Origin: Candidatus Aminicenantes bacterium
Lineage (GTDB): Bacteria; Acidobacteriota; Aminicenantia; Aminicenantales; Saccharicenantaceae
Length of the DNA: 64,000 nt
Assembly: GCA_963719985.1 (NCBI GenBank)
Contig: CAVRDU010000005.1
Span: 1,619,619-1,683,618, forward strand
Direction of reading: 5' to 3'
Part shown: positions 1 to 10,736 of the stretch, piece by piece
Layout: each line of letters opens with the position of its first letter
How positions within the stretch are numbered: position 1 is the stretch's first letter
The notes under the pieces: generated by a model
The model's database searches: none
Told to the model about the DNA's origin: nothing
What the model saw: only the letters and a program-made list of their open reading frames with translations
Made by a program: the position numbers and the translations under genes

Positions 1-933
1 CTTAAAGGATCCTCCAAGATCGAGGACATCGCCGGGGTCGTCCTGGCCGCCTTCGTCGAGCGTTTCGGCGGCGAGGGCGCCTGCCTTTTCGGCCTGGAGC
101 GGGGCAAGCTCACGTTGCTCAAGGCCTCCAACGTCGCGATCGAAACCGGCCGTCTGGACGAGGCCCAGCTGTTCCAATACCTGTCGGCCGGGGAGCCGGT
201 CGTGAGGGGGCCGATCGAGGCCGGGGACCTCGTCCTCAATATCGGCATCGGGACGCTGTCCCCCCGGCATATCGCCTTCATCCCTCTCCGCTCCCAGACC
301 CACGACGTCGGACTGGCCATCCTCCTGTCCCGGGACGTGTTCAAGGAGGACTTCACCGCCGTCGAAAGCCGGAACTTCATCAACCAGGCCTCGCCGTTCC
401 TCTATAACGGGGTCCTTCTCCAGCGCATGGAGCGCCTGGCCGCCATCGACGAGCTGACCGGCGCCCTCAACCGCCGCTTCGGGCTGAAGCGGCTGAACGA
501 GGAGTTCGAAAGGTCGCGGCGCCACGGCATCCCGCTCTCTGTGGCCATGATCGACATCGATTTCTTCAAGCGGATCAACGATACATACGGCCATCCCGCC
601 GGGGACGTCGTCCTGCGGACGCTGGCCGAGACGATCGCCGGGAGCGTCCGGGTGTCGGACTTCCTCATCAGGTATGGAGGGGAGGAGTTCCTGATCGCCG
701 TGCCCGGGGCCTCGACCCTGGACGCGTTCAAGCTCCTCGAACGGATCCGGAACCAGTCCGAGACCCTGGCCGTGCAGTACGGCGCCCACGAGCTGAAGTT
801 CACGATAAGCGGCGGCGTCGCCGGGATCCCCTCCCTGTCCATCCGCGATCTCGAGGCGCTGATCCAATCGGCCGACGAGGCCCTGTACAAGGCCAAGGAA
901 CAGGGACGGAACCGGATCGTCCTGAGCGCCTGA
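1..933 (+). CDS. GGDEF diguanylate cyclase (5' end outside window)
   Basis: Frame is open from base 1; motifs DELTGALNRR, MIDIDFFKRINDTYGHPAGD, RYGGEEF, ADEALYKAK. Confidence 0.93.
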   Translation, partial: LKGSSKIEDIAGVVLAAFVERFGGEGACLFGLERGKLTLLKASNVAIETGRLDEAQLFQYLSAGEPVVRGPIEAGDLVLNIGIGTLSPRHIAFIPLRSQTHDVGLAILLSRDVFKEDFTAVESRNFINQASPFLYNGVLLQRMERLAAIDELTGALNRRFGLKRLNEEFERSRRHGIPLSVAMIDIDFFKRINDTYGHPAGDVVLRTLAETIAGSVRVSDFLIRYGGEEFLIAVPGASTLDAFKLLERIRNQSETLAVQYGAHELKFTISGGVAGIPSLSIRDLEALIQSADEALYKAKEQGRNRIVLSA

Positions 934-1003
934 GCGAAGCCGGGGAGCGTACCAAGCAGGGGCGGACCCCGCGACACGATCGCCGCGCGCCCGGCCCCGC
1001 GCC

Positions 1004-1032
1004 TTGACACTGCCGCCCGTCTTTCATATAAA
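1004..1032 (+). promoter_or_regulatory. Sigma70-type promoter for mscS
   Basis: TTGACA-17 nt-TATAAA upstream of the 1089 start. Confidence 0.55.
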
Positions 1033-1088
1033 GGGGGGGCCGCCGCTAGGGGCGACCCGCCCGAGGCGGAACTGATAAGGGATCATCG

Positions 1089-1967
1089 ATGCCGGTCGAC
1101 AAGGTCGAAAGCTGGATCTCCCGCGCGCTCAACCAGACGCTCGTCACGATCAACCAGACCCCCATCACGCTCGCCTCGCTCGTCGTCTTCGTCCTCATCG
1201 TCCTGGCCTCCGTCTTCGTGACCCGGGCCTTCACCCGCCTGGTCCTCGACCGGATCCTGAAAAAGCTCCATATCAAGGAGGGGATCCGCTACACCTTGCG
1301 GCGGCTGACGGAGTACACCTTCGTCCTCGTCGGGACCGTCATCGCTTTCCAGTTCGTCGGGATCGACCTCAGCGGCCTGGCCGTCATCTTCGGCCTCCTC
1401 TCGGTCGGGATCGGGTTCGGCCTCCAGAACGTCACCTCCAACTTCGTCGCCGGGCTCGTCCTCCTGTTCGAGCGGCCCATCAAGATCGGCGACCGGATCA
1501 CGGTGGGGGACGTGGAGGGCGACGTCGTGGAGATCAGCCTGCGCGCGACGAAGATCCGGACCCTGAACAACATCTCCATCATCGTCCCCAACTCCCAGTT
1601 CGTCTCGTCCAACATCGTCAACTGGTCCTACGGGGACCTCCGCATCCGGTTGGACATCGACGTTGGCGTCTCCTACGGCTCGGACCTGGACGTCGTCCTC
1701 GCGAGCCTGAAGGAAGTGGCCCAGGAGAATCCCAGGGTCCTGAAGGAGCCCGCGCCCGACGTGCTTTTCCGCGAGTTCGGGGAGTCGTCCTGGAACATGC
1801 GGCTCAGGCTCTGGATCGACAATCCGCAGGGACACCATCGGACCCGTTCGGACATCAACTGCGCCATCGTCCGGAAATTCAGGGAGAAGGGCGTCGAGAT
1901 CCCCTTCCCTCAAAGGGACATCCATGTCCGCTCGCCGCTGCCGCTCCCTCTCTCCAAGGACGGATAA
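1089..1967 (+). CDS. mscS: Small-conductance mechanosensitive channel (MscS family)
   Basis: GLLSVGIGFGLQN...NFVAGL, ERPIKIGDRI, IVPNS, NWS and GVEIPFPQR motifs; three TM helices. Confidence 0.92.
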   Translation: MPVDKVESWISRALNQTLVTINQTPITLASLVVFVLIVLASVFVTRAFTRLVLDRILKKLHIKEGIRYTLRRLTEYTFVLVGTVIAFQFVGIDLSGLAVIFGLLSVGIGFGLQNVTSNFVAGLVLLFERPIKIGDRITVGDVEGDVVEISLRATKIRTLNNISIIVPNSQFVSSNIVNWSYGDLRIRLDIDVGVSYGSDLDVVLASLKEVAQENPRVLKEPAPDVLFREFGESSWNMRLRLWIDNPQGHHRTRSDINCAIVRKFREKGVEIPFPQRDIHVRSPLPLPLSKDG

Positions 1968-1988
1968 GGCCCAGGGCTGCGACCGGGA

Positions 1989-2976
1989 ATGAGCGTGTCG
2001 GCCAAGGGGAAGCGAGGCGGGAAGCGCAAGCCGGTCTCCCTCGAACGGGTCGTCCTGACGTCCTTCCTGGTGGACGTTTCCGACGTGGCCGTCAACGTCC
2101 TGGTGGCGCTCGTCACCGGCAGCGTGACCATGCTCGCCCAGGCTCTGGAAGGGGGGGCCGACCTGCTCTCCTCCGGGCTCATCCTGATCGGCGTGAAGTC
2201 GTCCAAGCGGCCCGCCGACAGCTTTCATCCCTACGGCTACGGGCGTGAGCTTTACTTCTGGACGTTCCTCTCCGGGCTGGCGACGTTCGGGGTGACGGCG
2301 ACCCTGTCGTTCTACCTGGGCCTGCGGAGATTCATGCACCCCGAGCCCGTCCGGCATCTGGCCGCCGCGTACGCCGCGCTGCTCGTCGCCGCGTTCAGCA
2401 ACGGATACGCCGCCTCCCTGAGCGGCCGCAGGCTGTTGAAGAAGAAAAGGCTCTCGAGCCTGTGGCGCGTCTTCAAGCGCTCGGCCATGATCGAGACGAA
2501 GGCGACGTTCGTCCTGGACCTCATGGGGACGACGGCGTCCGTCCTGGGCTTGATCGCGCTCGCCCTCTATGGCCTGACGGGGGAACTGCGCTACGACGGC
2601 CTGGGGGCCATGGCCACGGGCGCCATCCTCGCCTTCTTCTCCTTCTTCATCCTGCGGGACGCCAAGGCCCTCCTGGTCGGGAGGTCGGCCGTTCCCGAGA
2701 TCGAGAGCAAGATCCGGGCGGCGGCGGCGTCGATTCCCGAGGTGATCGAGGTCCTGGCCCTGCGCACCCTGATGATCGGTCCGGAACGGCTGAGCGTCAG
2801 CCTGGAGGTCCACGTCGAGGACGGGTTGGACACCGACGAGATCGAACGGCTCATCGACGACATCGAGAGCGAGATCCGCGGACAGGTCCCCTCGGCGAGG
2901 CACATCGAGGTCGAGCTCGAGACCCCACGAGGCTCCGTCGATCAATCCGCCGGGGCCTTCAGCTCCTCGGCCCTGA
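1989..2976 (+). CDS. Cation diffusion facilitator (CDF) transporter; natural stop probably lost by a +1 insertion near 2925
   Basis: TM helices, HPYGYGRE motif and C-terminal dimerisation domain ending IEVELETP. As written the ORF runs to 3815 antisense to pyk; removing one base near 2925 gives a stop at 2974-2976. Confidence 0.85.
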
Positions 2977-4369
2977 TGAGGTTGGTCGTCCCCGGTCCGC
3001 CGCCGGGGGCGCCGGCCGTGACGACGACCTTATCCCCCGCGGCCGCGAGCCGGGCCTCGAGAACGATGCGCAAGGCCCGCCGGATCATGCCGTCCACGGT
3101 CCTCGGCCGCTTGCTCAGGAACGGGACCACCCCCCAGACCAGGGCCAGACGCCGGCACGTGTCTTGCCGCGGCGTGATCGCCGCGATGGGGCGGGAGGGC
3201 CGGCACCGGGAGACCCGGCGCGCCGTCGCTCCCGACGAGGTGAGGGTGATCAGACAGGCCGCCCCGATGTTCTCGGCCAGGGAGCAGGCGGACAGGGCCA
3301 CGGCGTCGGCCAGGGTCCCGGGCGGACCGGCGAGCCGGTCCCTCGCCCAGGCCTCCCGGGGGAAGGCGGCCTCGGCCTCCTCCGCCACCCGGGCCATGGT
3401 CCGGACGGACTCGATCGGGAAGCGCCCGATCGCGGTCTCCTCGGAGAGCATGAGGGCGTCGCTGCCGTCCAGCACCGCGTTGGCGACGTCCGTGACCTCG
3501 GCCCGGGTCGGCCGGGGGCTGTCCACCATGGAACGCAGCATCTGTGTCGCGGTGATGACGGGCTTCCCGCTCCGGTTCGACTTCCGGATCAGCATCTTCT
3601 GCACCTGGGGGACGTTTTCCAACGGAGTCTCGACGCCCAGGTCCCCGCGGGCGACCATGACGGCGTCAGCGGCGGAGATGATCCCGTCGATATGGTCCAA
3701 CGCTTCGTGCTTCTCGATCTTGGCGACGAGCGGTATGGAGGCGCCGCGCCTCTCCATGAAGCGCCGGGCCTCGGCGAGGTCGCCGGCCTCGCGGACGAAC
3801 GAGAGGGCGACATAATCGACGCCGTGCTCGATGCCGAAGGCCAGGTCCTTCCTGTCCTTGGCGGTCAGGCAGGGGACGTCGAGCGACCGGGAGGGCAGGT
3901 TGATCCCCTTGAAGGAGCTGAGCGGCCCCCCGACGACGACGCGGCAGACGATCTCCCGGTCCGTGCGTTTGAGGACGACGAGCTCGAGCGCTCCGTCGCT
4001 CAACAGGAGGGGGTCCCCCGGGCGGACCTCCTTGGGGAGCCTGGAGTAGCTGACGGACACTTGACGGTCGTCCCCAAGGACCGGCCTGTTGGTCAGCGTG
4101 AACCGGGCCCCGGGCCTCAGTACGACAGGTCCGGCGCCCATCCTCCCGACCCTGATCTTCGGGCCGGACAGGTCCTGGAGGACGGCGACCGGCCGGCCGA
4201 GGTCCCGCGAGAATTTCCGGATCCGGCGTAGCGCGGCGAGGTGCTCGGCGTGGGTGCCGTGGGAGAAGTTCAGTCGGGCGACATCCATGCCCGCCGCGAC
4301 GAGCCCCCTCAGGACCCGGGGCGAGCGGGAGGCCGGCCCGATCGTGCAGACGATCTTCGTTTTGGCCAT
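2942..4369 (-). CDS. pyk: Pyruvate kinase
   Basis: TKIVCTIGPAS, ARLNFSHG, DLSGPKIR, AKIEK, MVARGDLGVE, ATQML, RAEVTDVANA motifs. Confidence 0.98.
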   Translation of the reverse strand: MAKTKIVCTIGPASRSPRVLRGLVAAGMDVARLNFSHGTHAEHLAALRRIRKFSRDLGRPVAVLQDLSGPKIRVGRMGAGPVVLRPGARFTLTNRPVLGDDRQVSVSYSRLPKEVRPGDPLLLSDGALELVVLKRTDREIVCRVVVGGPLSSFKGINLPSRSLDVPCLTAKDRKDLAFGIEHGVDYVALSFVREAGDLAEARRFMERRGASIPLVAKIEKHEALDHIDGIISAADAVMVARGDLGVETPLENVPQVQKMLIRKSNRSGKPVITATQMLRSMVDSPRPTRAEVTDVANAVLDGSDALMLSEETAIGRFPIESVRTMARVAEEAEAAFPREAWARDRLAGPPGTLADAVALSACSLAENIGAACLITLTSSGATARRVSRCRPSRPIAAITPRQDTCRRLALVWGVVPFLSKRPRTVDGMIRRALRIVLEARLAAAGDKVVVTAGAPGGGPGTTNLIRAEELKAPAD

Positions 4370-4481
4370 CAGGATCCGGCCGGGACATTCTGCATCCGGC
4401 GCCCCTCCTCAGATAGAGAGCATGGCCGCTTCGGGCCGGTTTGTCAACCCGCCGGGAGATCGGGACCGGCCTCGGTATTCC

Positions 4482-4516
4482 TTGACTTCTGTCCGAAAAG
4501 TAATTACAGTAATAAC
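4482..4516 (+). promoter_or_regulatory. Promoter and probable autorepression operator of the mazEF-like gene
   Basis: TTGACT(4482)-17-TACAGT(4505), overlapped by palindrome GTAATTAC (4500-4507) and near copy GTAATAAC (4509-4516). Confidence 0.7.
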
Positions 4517-4558
4517 ATCATAATTCGAGGCGCCAGTGTCGCGGGGGAGAGGTCGGAG

Positions 4559-5212
4559 ATGAAGAGGAAGGAACTCAAGGTCGCCAGGATCGGGAACTCC
4601 CGAGGGATCAGGCTGCCGGCCGAGTCGCTGAAGCGCTATTCGGTCGGGTCGGCCCTGATCATGGAAGAACGGACCGAAGGGATCCTCCTCCGGCCCGTGG
4701 GCGGCACCGCCGAGAAGCTCGGCTGGGAAGACACGGCCCGCGAGATGGCCGCGGCGGGCGAAGATTGGAGCGAGTGGGACGCGCTGGACGGGGACGGTTT
4801 GACCGCTGTCCCCTGGGAACCTTCGAAGAAGGGGAAGGTCGGGGAAAAAAGGGCTCCCTACGGGCGAAAGTCCAAGATCCGCCGGGAATCCGCCAGGCGA
4901 TACGAGATGCGATGGGCGGAGCTGGATCCGGCTCGAGGCGCGGAAATGGCCAAGACCCGGCCGGTCGTCGTCGTCAGCTTGGACGAATTGAACTCGCGTT
5001 TCGCGACGGTCACCGTTTGTCCGATCACGAGTCATCTCCATCCGGCATGGCGCTGCCGGATGGCCGTTCGCTGTGCCGGCCGGCCGGCCGAGATCGCCGT
5101 CGATCAGATCCGGACGATCAGCCAGGCGCGTCTGGGGCCGCGGATCGGGTCCCTGTCCGAGGCCGATGCCGCCGCGCTCCGGCGGCTCATCACCGAGATG
5201 TACGGGGAGTGA
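4559..5212 (+). CDS. Fused AbrB/MazE-type antitoxin + PemK/MazF-type endoribonuclease toxin
   Basis: N-terminal KVARIGNSRGIRLP (AbrB/MazE); C-terminal RYEMRWAELDPARGAEMAKTRPVVVVS...VCPITS...VDQIRTIS (PemK/MazF); one frame, no internal stop; GGAG before the ATG. Confidence 0.88.
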   Translation: MKRKELKVARIGNSRGIRLPAESLKRYSVGSALIMEERTEGILLRPVGGTAEKLGWEDTAREMAAAGEDWSEWDALDGDGLTAVPWEPSKKGKVGEKRAPYGRKSKIRRESARRYEMRWAELDPARGAEMAKTRPVVVVSLDELNSRFATVTVCPITSHLHPAWRCRMAVRCAGRPAEIAVDQIRTISQARLGPRIGSLSEADAAALRRLITEMYGE

Positions 5213-5294
5213 GCGGACGCGAGGGGCCGCGGCGGCCTTCCGGTCGGGCGGCGGCGAGAGTGACGAAGCGGACGGATTCGGCTACAATTGCCCC

Positions 5295-6968
<1,674 letters not shown>

Positions 6969-6987
6969 TCGATAAGGAGCACGGACG

Positions 6988-7656
6988 ATGAGCACAAGAT
7001 GGGCGGCTTTGGCCGCGCTCGCTCTGTTCATGTCGACCTTGGCCCCGCGCGCGGCGGCCCAAGCGGTGACCGCGCCGGACCTGAGGACGATCGCCTCCGG
7101 AAAAGGCTGGACGGTCTTCAACCGGATGGTGACCGTCCTCGAGCAGGACGGCCGGACCGTGGCGGAATTCGACGGGAAGCCCGGGGACGGGATGGCCTGG
7201 CTCGACGGTCTCTCCTTCACCCGCGGCGTGATCGAGTGCGACATCCTGGGCCGCAGCGCGCCCGTCCAGGGGAGCTTCGTCGGCATCGCCTTCGGCGTCC
7301 AGGACACCGAGACCTACGACGCCGTCTATTTCCGGCCGTTCAATTTTCGCGCCGACGATCCGGCCCGGCGGGCCCACGCGGCCCAATATGTCTCCCATCC
7401 GGACTGGAAGTGGCCCCGGCTGCGCCAGGAAAGCCCCGGGAAGTACGAGAGCCCGGTCGAGCCGGCGATCGACGGCGACAGCTGGTTCCACGTCCGCATC
7501 GTCGTCGAGCCGCCCAAGATCAGCGTCTTCGTCGACGGCGCGAGCGAGTCCTGCCTGACGGTCGAGGCCTTGAGCGGCCCGAGAACGGGCTCCGTCGCCC
7601 TCTGGGTCGGGAACAATTCGCCGGGCAAGTTCGCCAACCTCAAGATCACATCCTGA
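6988..7656 (+). CDS. Secreted DUF1080 / 3-keto-disaccharide hydrolase-like (ConA-fold) protein
   Basis: Signal peptide; FVGIAF, YFRPFNF, WFHVRIVV, G.VALWVG motifs. Confidence 0.65.
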   Translation: MSTRWAALAALALFMSTLAPRAAAQAVTAPDLRTIASGKGWTVFNRMVTVLEQDGRTVAEFDGKPGDGMAWLDGLSFTRGVIECDILGRSAPVQGSFVGIAFGVQDTETYDAVYFRPFNFRADDPARRAHAAQYVSHPDWKWPRLRQESPGKYESPVEPAIDGDSWFHVRIVVEPPKISVFVDGASESCLTVEALSGPRTGSVALWVGNNSPGKFANLKITS

Positions 7657-7860
7657 GATCGTCCGGAAAGAGCCCCGGCGAAGCCTCGGTCCTGACGAGC
7701 GGACTGCGGCCCCCGGGCGCGGGCCACGGCCGTTCCGCGCTCGCCCCATGACAGCGGCTGTCCTTGAGCCGGAGAGCTTGACGGGTTCTTTTGAGCCGTG
7801 CTATTCTGTCACCATGCGGCCCGGCCTTCCGGTCCGCGAATCCATTGAAGAGAGGATTTC

Positions 7861-8502
7861 ATGAAAAAGTTATTCGGAATACTGGTGGCGGCCCTTTTCC
7901 TGTCGGTCGTTGGTCCGCAAGCCGCTTCGGCGGGGACGATCGATCTCGGCGTCAAGGGCGGATTGTCTCTGTCAAACTTCAGCTGGTCGGGCGGAGGGCC
8001 GTCGGACGCTTATTCGTGGCTCAAGGAGCCCGTCTTCGGCGCTTTCCTGGCCTTCAACCTCAATGAGACCTTCGCCATCCAGCCCGAGGTCTTCCTGTGG
8101 AAGGGCGGGGCCTACTACGAGGACGATTACGAAGGCTCCACGTACAAGGCCGAGATCGTCCTCACCTACATCCACGTGCCCGTCCTGGCCAAGGTCCATC
8201 TCGCCAAGGAGGGGAAGCTACGGCCGATCCTGTTCGCCGGTCCGGCCATCTCCTTCCTGGCCAAGGCCGCTAACAAGTATTACGTCGACGGCGTCCTGGA
8301 AGACGAAGACGACATCAAGGAGTACCTCAAGGGCACGGATATCAGCGCCGTCTTCGGGGGCGGGCTCGAGATCGTTCTCGACAAGATCATGCTCGTCCTC
8401 GATATCCGCTACAATCTGGGGCTGGCCAACATCGACAACAAGGGCACGGAGACGACGATCAAGAACAAGGCCGTGATGATCATGGCCGGGATCGGGTTCT
8501 AG
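7861..8502 (+). CDS. Outer membrane beta-barrel (porin/PorT-like) protein
   Basis: Signal peptide, GVKGGL, IQPE, YIHVPVLAK, DIRYNLGL and terminal Phe. Confidence 0.85.
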   Translation: MKKLFGILVAALFLSVVGPQAASAGTIDLGVKGGLSLSNFSWSGGGPSDAYSWLKEPVFGAFLAFNLNETFAIQPEVFLWKGGAYYEDDYEGSTYKAEIVLTYIHVPVLAKVHLAKEGKLRPILFAGPAISFLAKAANKYYVDGVLEDEDDIKEYLKGTDISAVFGGGLEIVLDKIMLVLDIRYNLGLANIDNKGTETTIKNKAVMIMAGIGF

Positions 8503-8533
8503 GCCCGGATCCCCGGCTCCTCGACGCATGTCC

Positions 8534-8572
8534 AGGGCGGATGTCCCCTGAGGGGCATCCGCCCTCTTTTTT
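8534..8572 (+). terminator. Rho-independent terminator
   Basis: AGGGCGGATGTCCC-CTGA-GGGGCATCCGCCCT stem followed by a T run. Confidence 0.85.
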
Positions 8573-8590
8573 CGCGCCGGCTGCGCATCC

Positions 8591-8620
8591 TTGACAGCCC
8601 TCCAAGCGCGAGACTATCAT
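8591..8620 (+). promoter_or_regulatory. Sigma70-type promoter
   Basis: TTGACA-18-TATCAT upstream of the M28 gene. Confidence 0.55.
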
Positions 8621-8648
8621 TCCGCCCTCGAACGCTATACGGGAAGGA

Positions 8649-10736
8649 ATGTCCATGAAAAAACGCGCGCTTCTTTCGTTCGTGGTCGCCCTGGCCGTCC
8701 TGGCCTCCGTGGCGGCGAGCCCCCAGAGGGCCGCCGCGCCGGCCGTCGACCCCGTCGTCGCCAAGATCATCGAGCTCGGCCGGACCGACAACCGGGTCAT
8801 GGAGTGGGCCGACTACGCCAGCAACCGCTTCGGCGGCCGGGAGTCCGGCACGAACGCCTATAACGACGCGGCCGATTGGGCCGTCTGGCAGTTCCGCCAG
8901 TGGGGGCTCGAGGCCGAGCTCGACCATGCCGGCGAAGTGCCCGTCGGCTTCAACCGCGGGCCATGGTCCGGCAAGATGGTCAAGCCGGCCGAGAAGGCCC
9001 TCTTTTTCGGGACCCCGAGCTTCACGGCGGGGACGAAAGGCGTCGAGCGCGGGCCGGTCGCCATCCTGAAGGCCGATCCCTTCTCCATCCCGGGGCGGAA
9101 CGCCACCCCGGAGCAGGTCGAGAAGAAGCGGGCCGCCGTCGAGGCGGCCATCGCCGAGGTCCGGTCGGACCCGGCCGCGTTCAAAGGGACCTGGGTCCTC
9201 ATCGCGGGTCAGAGCACCGGCTTCGCCCGCGACGGCCGGCGCGGCACGCCGGAATACGCCGACGCCAAGCTCATGCCGCCGCTCACGGCCGCCCTCGTCG
9301 AGGCCGGGGCCCGGGGCACGGTCCAGATGTCGACGGTCGATCCCTTCCCTATGCTCGACGGCTACGTCGAATCCTGGGACAAGCTCCCGGTCCTGCCGGA
9401 CATCAAGCTGGCCGAGCCCCAGTTCAAGGAGATCAAGGCCCTCGTCGAGAAGGGCGAGACGGTCGAGCTCGAGTTCGACATCCGGAACTGGTTCAAGATG
9501 GGCCCGGTCAAGTACCACAGCGTCGTGGCCACCCTCCGCGGCTCCGAATTCCCGGACGAGTACGTCGTCATGGGCGGGCACTTCGACTGCTTCAGCTCCG
9601 CGACCGGCGCCGTCGACGACGGGTCGGGCTTTTCCCCGGCCATGGAGGCCCTCCGGCTCATCCGAGCGGCGGGCGCGCGGCCCAAGCGGTCGATCGTGGC
9701 CATCCTCTTCGCCGCGGAGGAGATCGGCCTGGTCGGCTCGCAGGCCTGGCTGAAGAACCATCCCGGGATCGATGCCAGGATCTCCATGATGATCAACCGC
9801 GACGGCAGCCCCAGCGCCATCACCGGGGCCGTCGTTCCCGAAACGTGGCTGGCCGATTTCCGGAAGATCGCGGCCCCCCTGGCGACGCTCGACCCCAAGT
9901 GGCCGTTCAAGCTCGAGCGGGGCGTGCCGCGGCCCCACGCCACGAGCCCCGGCGGGACCGATTCGTCCTCGTTCGAGATGCTGAGCGTACCGACGCTCCG
10001 TTTCACGACGCAGTCGGACTACAGCTACCGGCACGCCTGGCACACGCTCTACGACCTCTACAGCGAGCTCGTGCCCTATACGGAGCACCAGCGGCACTCG
10101 GCCCTGGTCACGGCCGTCGTCGCCTACGGCGCGGCCAACCTCGAGAAGGCCCTGCCGCGGGAAGGCGTCTATCTCGCCGACGGCCTGTACGCCGACATCG
10201 CCATCGGCGCCGCCGAAGCGCCCGTCCACGTCATGACGACGCTCGACTTCGTCAACGCGCCCTTGCAGACGGCCAACTTCGTCCGTGTCGTCGAGGGCAA
10301 GGGCGGTCAGCGCGGCCCGGGCGCCGGCGGCCGGCCCGGCGTGCCCATGGGTGGAGGACCGCGCCAGGAGCCCCCGCCGATCGGCAGGGTCGATCTGCGG
10401 GGCGGCGTCATCGCCGCGACCGTCGTCTCCGAAGTCCAGAAGTCCGTGGCCGTCCCCGCGCTGCCGCTCGCGCCGAACGCCGCGATCAAGCACGACGCGG
10501 CGGGCGTCCTCGGCGTCACCGGGCCGAACGCCTTCCACCTCACCCTCGGCAGGCGGGCCGGGCTCGACAAGACGGCCACGGCGATCGGGCGGACGATCGC
10601 CGGGCTCGACCTCCTGGGGACCGTGAAGAAGGGGGACGCCATCCGGAGCATCCGCATCGTCCGGGTCGGCGAGGCCGCCCGCGACTTCAAGACCGACGAC
10701 GAAGCCTTTAACAAGCTCCTCGAAGCCCACAAGTGA
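8649..10736 (+). CDS. M28 metallo-aminopeptidase with C-terminal degenerate cyclophilin-like domain
   Basis: GGHFD, GAVDDGSG, AAEEIGLVGS, GGTDSSSF, HAWHT..D motifs; C-terminal APLQTANFV...IKHDAAGVLG...KGDAIRSIRIVRVG. Confidence 0.85.
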   Translation: MSMKKRALLSFVVALAVLASVAASPQRAAAPAVDPVVAKIIELGRTDNRVMEWADYASNRFGGRESGTNAYNDAADWAVWQFRQWGLEAELDHAGEVPVGFNRGPWSGKMVKPAEKALFFGTPSFTAGTKGVERGPVAILKADPFSIPGRNATPEQVEKKRAAVEAAIAEVRSDPAAFKGTWVLIAGQSTGFARDGRRGTPEYADAKLMPPLTAALVEAGARGTVQMSTVDPFPMLDGYVESWDKLPVLPDIKLAEPQFKEIKALVEKGETVELEFDIRNWFKMGPVKYHSVVATLRGSEFPDEYVVMGGHFDCFSSATGAVDDGSGFSPAMEALRLIRAAGARPKRSIVAILFAAEEIGLVGSQAWLKNHPGIDARISMMINRDGSPSAITGAVVPETWLADFRKIAAPLATLDPKWPFKLERGVPRPHATSPGGTDSSSFEMLSVPTLRFTTQSDYSYRHAWHTLYDLYSELVPYTEHQRHSALVTAVVAYGAANLEKALPREGVYLADGLYADIAIGAAEAPVHVMTTLDFVNAPLQTANFVRVVEGKGGQRGPGAGGRPGVPMGGGPRQEPPPIGRVDLRGGVIAATVVSEVQKSVAVPALPLAPNAAIKHDAAGVLGVTGPNAFHLTLGRRAGLDKTATAIGRTIAGLDLLGTVKKGDAIRSIRIVRVGEAARDFKTDDEAFNKLLEAHK

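Noticed and set aside
2942-3815. CDF transporter ORF extending about 290 codons antisense through pyk
   Set aside because: Transporter homology ends at IEVELETP; one-base removal gives a stop at 2976, and antisense frames are often open in high-GC DNA.
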